From positions 81,571-99,684 of IMG/VR virus record IMGVR_UViG_3300003324_000363: a DNA stretch of 18,114 bases. The stretch is one strand, 5' to 3'. The position numbers were made by a program, and so were the translations under genes. This stretch comes from a virus (taxonomy: Duplodnaviria; Heunggongvirae; Uroviricota; Caudoviricetes). The notes under the pieces were generated by a model. The model worked only from the letters and a program-made list of their open reading frames with translations. It did no database searches and was not told where the DNA came from. Positions 7,020 to 13,058 of this stretch are shown piece after piece (within the stretch, counting starts at the first letter, position 1; every line of letters begins with the position of its first letter).

Positions 7020-7837
7020 TAGAGCACATCACCTGCTTTTGTTAAAGCATGTCTTTCTGCACGTTCTTGCTTCACCAAAGCTTCTTTGTATTCTTCTGCT
7101 CTTTCTTCTTGGTCTTTAGTTCTAGGTCTTTCATCATGATTCACAACTATGCCAGATAATGTTTGGAATGTGTTGCTTTCATTGCCATTTCTAACTAGCC
7201 ATGATTTGCCATTAACAACATATGTAGAATGTGTATTGCCATAACTTACCAATTCAGGTTTGTAGAAGAAACGTGGTGACTTTACCACATGATTCTGTCC
7301 TACATAATGCATTGGAATATTGTAAACCAAGTCAGTAATCTTTGTCTTATCATGAACAGGCAGATTGTTTCTAAACTGTTTCATATCCCCTGTTATGTAC
7401 TCATCTGCTTCAAATACAAGCAGATAATCACAATCATTCCAAACAGCTTCTTTCATGTATTGATTTCTAACAACAGTTTGCTTATGGTACGGCATATCAA
7501 CAAGCAATGTGTTTTCATAACTCTGTACAATATCACGGCTGCCATCAGTGCTCAATGGCTTGCCTTTTGCAACATCATAAACACCATCAATACAAATTAC
7601 TAAATCAAATTCACGTAAGCTATCAAGACATCTTTTCAAAAGCCTAGCTTCATTGTAAAATACCAAGCCGGCTGCAATTCTAGCTTGTTTTCTAATAGTA
7701 TCAGCATTCTTAACAACATGCTCAATTCTTGGTCTTATTACAGCAAGTGGTGGTGGAAGCTGTGTTTTAGGTGCCAATAAACGTAATGCTGGAATTAATT
7801 CAGCAGGTTGTCTTTCAGCTTCAATAAATGGCTGCAC
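7019..7837 (-). CDS. GT-A fold glycosyltransferase (GT2-like); true start uncertain
   Basis: LVFYNEARLLKRCLDSL, VICIDG, STDGSRDIV, RNQY, LLVFEADEY (DxD position). The frame stays open 37 more codons upstream, to 7948. Confidence 0.85.
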   Translation of the reverse strand: MQPFIEAERQPAELIPALRLLAPKTQLPPPLAVIRPRIEHVVKNADTIRKQARIAAGLVFYNEARLLKRCLDSLREFDLVICIDGVYDVAKGKPLSTDGSRDIVQSYENTLLVDMPYHKQTVVRNQYMKEAVWNDCDYLLVFEADEYITGDMKQFRNNLPVHDKTKITDLVYNIPMHYVGQNHVVKSPRFFYKPELVSYGNTHSTYVVNGKSWLVRNGNESNTFQTLSGIVVNHDERPRTKDQEERAEEYKEALVKQERAERHALTKAGDVL

Positions 7838-7932
7838 TAATGCATCAATAAGTTCATCAACCCACTTCTTGCTAGTACCACCATTCTTTTTGTACTCATA
7901 ATATTTGCTTATGATTGAATTGTCGTATTCAG

Positions 7933-8079
7933 CTAATTCAGCACACCTTCAGACATTAGTGATGCTAGATAATTTCTGTTGAACATTGCGTATGTATGAT
8001 TTTCTGTACACTTTTCAGAACACCATGGGGCAAGCAGCTTGCCACATCTTATGCAGCCACGATATAACGACCTAGACAT
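7933..8079 (-). CDS. 48-aa Cys-rich (Zn-finger-like) protein
   Basis: Manual: MSRSLYRGCIRCGKLLAPWCSEKCTENHTYAMFNRNYLASLMSEGVLN* (CxxC...CxxxC); its start overlaps the stop of the 70-aa ORF. Confidence 0.5.
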   Translation of the reverse strand: MSRSLYRGCIRCGKLLAPWCSEKCTENHTYAMFNRNYLASLMSEGVLN

Positions 8080-8284
8080 TTACTTGTAGCCCACCTGAAT
8101 TCTTGGTTGTGTTTTCTTTTCTAATCTTGGCAGCTTGCTTCTCACCAATTATTGCATCCATCAGAGCATCAATAAGCTTGTCAGTAGTCTGCCTTGAAGA
8201 TTTGCCATATTTTACATATTCTATGTAAGCCTTAGCAATTGCCTGTTTCTGCTTTTCAGTTGGTGCATCAACTTGTTGTACCAT
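8072..8284 (-). CDS. 70-aa helical protein, paralogous to the GT upstream extension
   Basis: ORF track; YIEYVKYGKSSRQTTDKLIDAL aligns with YYEYKKNGGTSKKWVDELIDAL encoded at 7838-7903. Confidence 0.65.
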   Translation of the reverse strand: MVQQVDAPTEKQKQAIAKAYIEYVKYGKSSRQTTDKLIDALMDAIIGEKQAAKIRKENTTKNSGGLQVNV

Positions 8285-8311
8285 GAATAAAGATAGATTG
8301 ATACACTGTAT

Positions 8312-8455
8312 TTATGCCTGTCTTCCAAAGCATCTTCGACAATTAACTCTGTCCCAATAATGGTATGCAATAGTCTGGCAACGATAGCTGTCACACATGT
8401 ATTTTTCTTGACAATTTGGGCACTGATGACGATGAGGATTTGGTGCTAACGGCAC
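8312..8455 (-). CDS. 47-aa Cys/His-rich Zn-binding protein
   Basis: Manual from GTG 8455: MPLAPNPHRHQCPNCQEKYMCDSYRCQTIAYHYWDRVNCRRCFGRQA* (HxH-x-CxxC, C-x4-C, CxxC). Confidence 0.55.
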   Translation of the reverse strand: MPLAPNPHRHQCPNCQEKYMCDSYRCQTIAYHYWDRVNCRRCFGRQA

Positions 8456-8496
8456 AGCAAATATTGAAAATACTTGAGAATAAAAATATTGCTAGA

Positions 8497-8536
8497 TAAA
8501 AATAGAAAAGAAAGAGAAAGTGAGTGTTAACTCACT
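8497..8536 (-). terminator. Hairpin plus T-rich tract immediately after the capsid gene
   Basis: Minus strand AGTGAGT-taac-ACTCACT (7-bp stem overlapping the TGA stop) followed by TTCTCTTTCTTTTCTATTTTTAT. Confidence 0.6.
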
Positions 8537-10259
8537 GTGCCCCAGAAATTCTGCAAGTACCTGTCTCGTCTATGACAGCTCCCTTGACCCTTTGGGTTGC
8601 AGTTATGAGGATTTGCTGAAGCTCGTTTCTGCGTTGTGCTTCAAATGTTATGTTCCTCGCACTGGCAAGTCCAAATGCCAATCCCTTCACTGCCATTACG
8701 TTTCTGTAGGTATCGTTTGTTGCATTGTCCTTTGCTTTGACATGTGTTGATACAACAATATCTACACCATATATCATCTCAAGTACACCACGTGCAGTGA
8801 TGTCTGGAGTTGCATACTGGTAGTAGTTGTTCAAGTTTGTGTCAAGTAGCAGGTCTTGGTAGTTCTTTGGATGTATGAACAGAACGAGGTTTCCGGGTCT
8901 GACATCAAAGCCTTGCTGCCCAATCAGTCTCTTTGCTGCAACAATGCCGTCCCTCTTGAAAGTCATTGAAGCAACATCGTCATCTGTTATGGCTGCGCCA
9001 GAGTTAGCATTAACCCAGTTGGTTGGTGTTACTGCATCATATACAGTTGTCAGCAAGTCTTTTGCTTCGTCATCAATCAGTGAAAGTGCCATCTGGTCTT
9101 GGACTGACTGCACCAAGTCAAACGGTGCATTCTCAACTTGTGAGTATCCAATCTTCTGGTACACACCACGGATTGCTGGAGTTGCAGTTATCTTGGTGAC
9201 TGTTTGTGAAGCTGCTGATGGTTCAGAACCTTCTGTGATTGTTGCTGCACTCATACCGTCAATCTTGTACCAGTTTGCCCTGTCTTGCTGGTCTAGGTTG
9301 ACAAAGTTGCAGTATGGTCTAACATTGAGTGGAATTCTGCCTCCCGGTATCCTGTGAATCTGGTTGCTGAAGAACTGTGGCATATCGCCTCCAGTTACAG
9401 TGACTGCCTCAATCTTTCTCATTGTTGGCTCAAAAGTGCTTGGTACAATACCGTCATAATTCACACCAAGATACTTTTGCATGATTTCGTCTTTGTTTAC
9501 TGCCCATGAATAGCTTGGGAGTGTGTTCTTGTGAGCTGCTGTGTCAATGAACCATTCACGCATCTTTGTAAACTCCTGTGCCTTTGCATCTGCCACAGTG
9601 TTGTCAACCTTGCTTGATGGAACTGCTTCTGTTTTCTTTGGTGCAATCACGCCAATCAGCTCAGAAAGCTTTTCTAGAGTCTTCTGCTCATGATTTTTGA
9701 ATGCATCAATTATTGTTGCAAAATCATTAGTCTGTGGTGCCTGTTTTTCTACTGGTTTATTTTCATTAGTTTCAGTTGTAGACATTCTACTAGATTTACA
9801 TCCACATTCCTTTGTGATAGAAGAACTATCCTTTTCACCATAGATTTTATCGCCATTTGGTACAGCAAAGTTTGCATCGCCCTTCCCTCCACCAGTTGCC
9901 GGTGCAGTTGTGGTTGATGGTGTATCACGTGTTACTGCTTTAGCTGTATCGCCTACAGCAACATCAGTTGCCTTGCCTGTTCCATTATCAGATATAGCTT
10001 TGCCAGCATCAGAAGTTCCAATGCTTGGAGCCGGAGCACTTACAAGTGTTCCATTTGATGTTGATGTAGAAGTTCCCGGAGTTACTGAAGCAACTCCATT
10101 AAAATTGTCTTCTTTCTTTTTGTCATCAGCATCATTGTCCATCATTGGAGCCGGCATTTTCTTTTTGCCAGCTTCTTCAGCTAGATCAAGTGTATAGCCT
10201 GCTTTTGATAGAATTTTATTTACTTCGTCTTTTGAAATTGGTTTTAAACTTGTTGCCAA
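8532..10259 (-). CDS. Major capsid protein precursor (probable HK97 fold) with long N-terminal extension/scaffold
   Basis: Lies downstream of the protease and MuF genes. The C-terminal ~290 aa has capsid-like features (ITEGSEPSAASQTVTKITATP, IVAAKRLI, LVLFIHPKNYQDLLLD, RGVLEMIYGVDIVVS); the N-terminus is low-complexity. C-ending codon bias suggests high expression; a terminator follows. Confidence 0.85.
   Translation of the reverse strand: MATSLKPISKDEVNKILSKAGYTLDLAEEAGKKKMPAPMMDNDADDKKKEDNFNGVASVTPGTSTSTSNGTLVSAPAPSIGTSDAGKAISDNGTGKATDVAVGDTAKAVTRDTPSTTTAPATGGGKGDANFAVPNGDKIYGEKDSSSITKECGCKSSRMSTTETNENKPVEKQAPQTNDFATIIDAFKNHEQKTLEKLSELIGVIAPKKTEAVPSSKVDNTVADAKAQEFTKMREWFIDTAAHKNTLPSYSWAVNKDEIMQKYLGVNYDGIVPSTFEPTMRKIEAVTVTGGDMPQFFSNQIHRIPGGRIPLNVRPYCNFVNLDQQDRANWYKIDGMSAATITEGSEPSAASQTVTKITATPAIRGVYQKIGYSQVENAPFDLVQSVQDQMALSLIDDEAKDLLTTVYDAVTPTNWVNANSGAAITDDDVASMTFKRDGIVAAKRLIGQQGFDVRPGNLVLFIHPKNYQDLLLDTNLNNYYQYATPDITARGVLEMIYGVDIVVSTHVKAKDNATNDTYRNVMAVKGLAFGLASARNITFEAQRRNELQQILITATQRVKGAVIDETGTCRISGAQ
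9823..9830 (-). promoter_or_regulatory. GATAGTTC element, 45 nt upstream of internal in-frame ATG 9785
   Basis: Part of a 15-nt exact repeat (tagaagaactatcct at 9818-9832 and 10296-10310). Confidence 0.45.
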
Positions 10260-10281
10260 TTTTGTTTACTAATGCAGTAAG

Positions 10282-10298
10282 CTAGGCAGAATGCCTAG
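10282..10298. other. Perfect 7-bp hairpin in the capsid gene leader
   Basis: CTAGGCA-gaa-TGCCTAG, lying between the GATAGTTC element and the TTG start. Confidence 0.6.
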
Positions 10299-10300
10299 AA

Positions 10301-10308
10301 GAACTATC
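10301..10308 (-). promoter_or_regulatory. GATAGTTC element, 49 nt upstream of capsid TTG 10259
   Basis: Intergenic, directly after the MuF stop codon. Confidence 0.5.
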
Positions 10309-11418
10309 CTATTTCCCTGTAGCAGTTGGTACTGTTGGAGCTGCTGGTGATGTTGCTGTTCCAGATTTTGATTTTGCACCAACTTTCTTGGTAACAATCT
10401 TACCTTGCTTTACCAAGTATTCACCCATTGCTGAATTGAAAGTTGACTTAGTATTGCCCATATAACCAGTTGTAGCAACAAATGGATTTAGCACCCATTT
10501 CTTTTCATCATCTGTTTGAACATGGTGTGTGATTGTGTTTGTTTCCCCATTGTCTTTAGTATGCTTGGTTGTTATCATTTGCCCACCTAGCTTTTGATTT
10601 GGCTTTCTATGCACTAGCACTTGCCCATCACCATGTCTAGTTTGCAGTATTTGTTTTGCTGCCAAGAATTGTTTAGAAACATCATATATTGATGTAAACT
10701 TGCCTTTATGGTCATGAGCTGGGTTTGCTTCATTCTTAGCTTCTGCAAAAGTTGGAACACCAGATTTTGGTTTATAAATATAACTGCCTTCATCGTCTTC
10801 TTCTATGTTGTCTGGATGTACAGCTTGCCCAGTTTTAGTGATATTGTCTGCCCAAACCCATGCAACCTGCCCACTATCTAACAAATCGCCTTCATACGTA
10901 AGCTTGTCCCCAGCACTTTTCCCATTAGACCCTGTTGGGATTCCATCTGTACCTATTTTCTTATATCCGGCATCAAGAACAACCAAATGCCAACCTTCGT
11001 TTGTTCCACTCTTAATGGTTACAACATCGCCAACTTTAATTTTATTCGGATCGCCTTTTAGATATGTTGTAGGAGAAATTCTTTCTCCAGCAGTTGCTTC
11101 GCCGTCACCTGTGCTACAAAACCGTCCATCATCTCCGTGGCAATCGTTAAATTCTTTCTTCTTTTTCTTTGCATCTTTCTTAAACTTGTACATCTTTTTG
11201 CCTACTGATTCATTGTAGCTTTCTTCATATTCACACCTGCAATTTGGATGTGTGTCTTCTGGTATGCTTGGCATGTCAGGGTCGCCTTCTTCATAAACTT
11301 CATCAGCATACTCCTGACAGATTTCACATACCTTTTCATCATCCTGTGTAGTGAAAACTTGCTTTGGTTCTTCAGGTGCTAAATTGCCCAATGCTACACT
11401 GGTATCAGCTGACGGCAT
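10309..11418 (-). CDS. Reduced MuF (gpF/gp7)-like head morphogenesis protein with appended modules
   Basis: FTTQDDEKVCEIC...PEDTHPNCRC is the MuF Cys motif; it is followed by two H-x-x-x-G-(R/K)-F motifs (CHGDDGRFCS, AHDHKGKFTS) each preceding a distinct domain. Confidence 0.75.
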   Translation of the reverse strand: MPSADTSVALGNLAPEEPKQVFTTQDDEKVCEICQEYADEVYEEGDPDMPSIPEDTHPNCRCEYEESYNESVGKKMYKFKKDAKKKKKEFNDCHGDDGRFCSTGDGEATAGERISPTTYLKGDPNKIKVGDVVTIKSGTNEGWHLVVLDAGYKKIGTDGIPTGSNGKSAGDKLTYEGDLLDSGQVAWVWADNITKTGQAVHPDNIEEDDEGSYIYKPKSGVPTFAEAKNEANPAHDHKGKFTSIYDVSKQFLAAKQILQTRHGDGQVLVHRKPNQKLGGQMITTKHTKDNGETNTITHHVQTDDEKKWVLNPFVATTGYMGNTKSTFNSAMGEYLVKQGKIVTKKVGAKSKSGTATSPAAPTVPTATGK

Positions 11419-11420
11419 TT

Positions 11421-12767
11421 TTAATTCACACTATTATTTATTTTGCCCATTGGTGGCGTATCTGGGAATTTTAAATCATCTTTTGACATTTGTGATTGGT
11501 CATATTTTGGGTCACATTTGCCAGTTTCTGGATTGAATGTCATATCATCAGCACAGCTTTGGCTTTGTTTTACTGCTCCACCTTTTACTCTGCCCAAGTC
11601 TTCTAACAAAATGCTTTCAGCTTCTGCATACTTGGCTGGGTCATCTGTATTCAAACATATTGCCAAAGCTTGGTCGTGTGGCTTGCCTTCATCTTTGAAA
11701 TGTGTAATGCAATCACCCATTGCTGATTCTTTCAACCCTTCTAACAATGTCTCTTCAACATCTTTCTTTTTCTTTTTATTGTCAACATTGGAAATGCCAG
11801 CAACACCTGCAATATCTTCCATCTTTTCAGCCATTATCTTTTGCTTAGCTTCTTGGTATGATTCACCACCATACTTTGCCTTTATGTAGCCACATATCTT
11901 TTTAGCAGATTCGTCATCATTGCCATTCTTTTTCTGGTCAGCAATGCAGTCTTCCCATGGATAATCTGCTTCTTTCAACTTTTCTTCCTCATCTTCTACA
12001 TGTTCCTTTATCATGTGGTTAGCCATCTCTTGTGCTGTATCACACTCTTCACCACACTTTGGGCATTTCATTGAACCTTCTAGATTCCAACCTTTGGTTT
12101 CTAGCTGACTTCTTGCCTCTTCAGTTGAAACAGTAAAAGTCAGATTTGCATCATAATTTGATGCTGTGGTTGTGGAAGTAACCGGATAAGCATATGTGTT
12201 TGTAAGTGTTGCAAAATTATCTGGGTTTATTGTTGGCTTAGGAGCAACCAAGCTTTCCAGTAAAGCTTCCTGAATCTTTAGTGGCTCTGCTGATTCTGAT
12301 CTAATCTCTGTCATAGGGTCGCCCGGCTGTTTGTCAGCTGTAAGTAATGCCAACCCAACAAATGTTATGCCGTGCTGTTCACAGGCACAGCCTTCTACCA
12401 AACTACAGCCACATGTTTCACCTTTTATTGGTATTTGCTCAACAGAAAGCTTGTTAATCAAACCCTGCTCAATCATACGATTGATTTCGGAACTATTCAC
12501 ACGCATTCTTCCACTAACTGCATTCTTGTTAGCATCAAAATCCATTTCCAGTGTTTCATTTTCTGGGTACGGAAGCATCTGACTATCATCATGGTTGATG
12601 TTTAGTGGTCTGAATGATAAAGAACGTGCAGCTGCCTGCAATTCATTCTGTGTATATTTACGTTGATTTCTGGTTGTGGTAACATGTATTGCCTCAATAT
12701 GCCATATTTTGCCTTCACGTGTGTCCTCCAAAAACTCGAAAGAAGCTAAACGATTAACTGTAGACAT
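11421..12767 (-). CDS. Prohead maturation protease with C-terminal chain of small domains
   Basis: N-terminal ~155 aa: RNQRKYTQNEL, PLNINH (candidate catalytic His), LSVE (candidate catalytic Ser), FVGLALL. The C-terminus includes a C2H2 finger (CPKC...HMIKEH) and other Cys-pair modules. Confidence 0.8.
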   Translation of the reverse strand: MSTVNRLASFEFLEDTREGKIWHIEAIHVTTTRNQRKYTQNELQAAARSLSFRPLNINHDDSQMLPYPENETLEMDFDANKNAVSGRMRVNSSEINRMIEQGLINKLSVEQIPIKGETCGCSLVEGCACEQHGITFVGLALLTADKQPGDPMTEIRSESAEPLKIQEALLESLVAPKPTINPDNFATLTNTYAYPVTSTTTASNYDANLTFTVSTEEARSQLETKGWNLEGSMKCPKCGEECDTAQEMANHMIKEHVEDEEEKLKEADYPWEDCIADQKKNGNDDESAKKICGYIKAKYGGESYQEAKQKIMAEKMEDIAGVAGISNVDNKKKKKDVEETLLEGLKESAMGDCITHFKDEGKPHDQALAICLNTDDPAKYAEAESILLEDLGRVKGGAVKQSQSCADDMTFNPETGKCDPKYDQSQMSKDDLKFPDTPPMGKINNSVN

Positions 12768-12802
12768 TTACTAAGAGCAGAGAACCAAAAATAAGAAAAT
12801 AT

Positions 12803-12810
12803 GAACTATC
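12803..12810 (-). promoter_or_regulatory. GATAGTTC element, 43 nt upstream of protease ATG 12767
   Basis: Overlaps the last base of the upstream TAG, then runs into the intergenic region. Confidence 0.5.
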
Positions 12811-13058
12811 TACTGGTAGTGAGAGTTGTCATCATTACAACATGACTTCATGCTAGAAGCTATCTCACCAAGCACATTTTTAGCCACATCTTTTATCATG
12901 TGTGTATGCACTTTTTGCTCCAACCATGTCAAAACAGTAAGAATTTCAGTGTAGCTCATATCATTCTCATTTATAGCATCTACAAGTGCATCGTCAATCT
13001 TGTTGAATGCTTTCTCCAATATCTCACTACGAATTGGTGCTTCAGACACTATCCTCAT
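12810..13058 (-). CDS. Hypothetical 82-aa helical protein
   Basis: ORF track; overlaps the stop of the repeat protein; co-oriented. Confidence 0.65.
   Translation of the reverse strand: MRIVSEAPIRSEILEKAFNKIDDALVDAINENDMSYTEILTVLTWLEQKVHTHMIKDVAKNVLGEIASSMKSCCNDDNSHYQ

Noticed and set aside
10309-11418. MuF toxin-immunity pair
   Set aside because: No catalytic toxin motif was recognised and no small immunity ORF follows; the capsid gene comes next.
12960-13005. KIDDALVDAI in the 82-aa ORF resembling KLIDALMDAI in the 70-aa ORF
   Set aside because: The match is only about 10 residues of generic amphipathic helix, with no flanking similarity.
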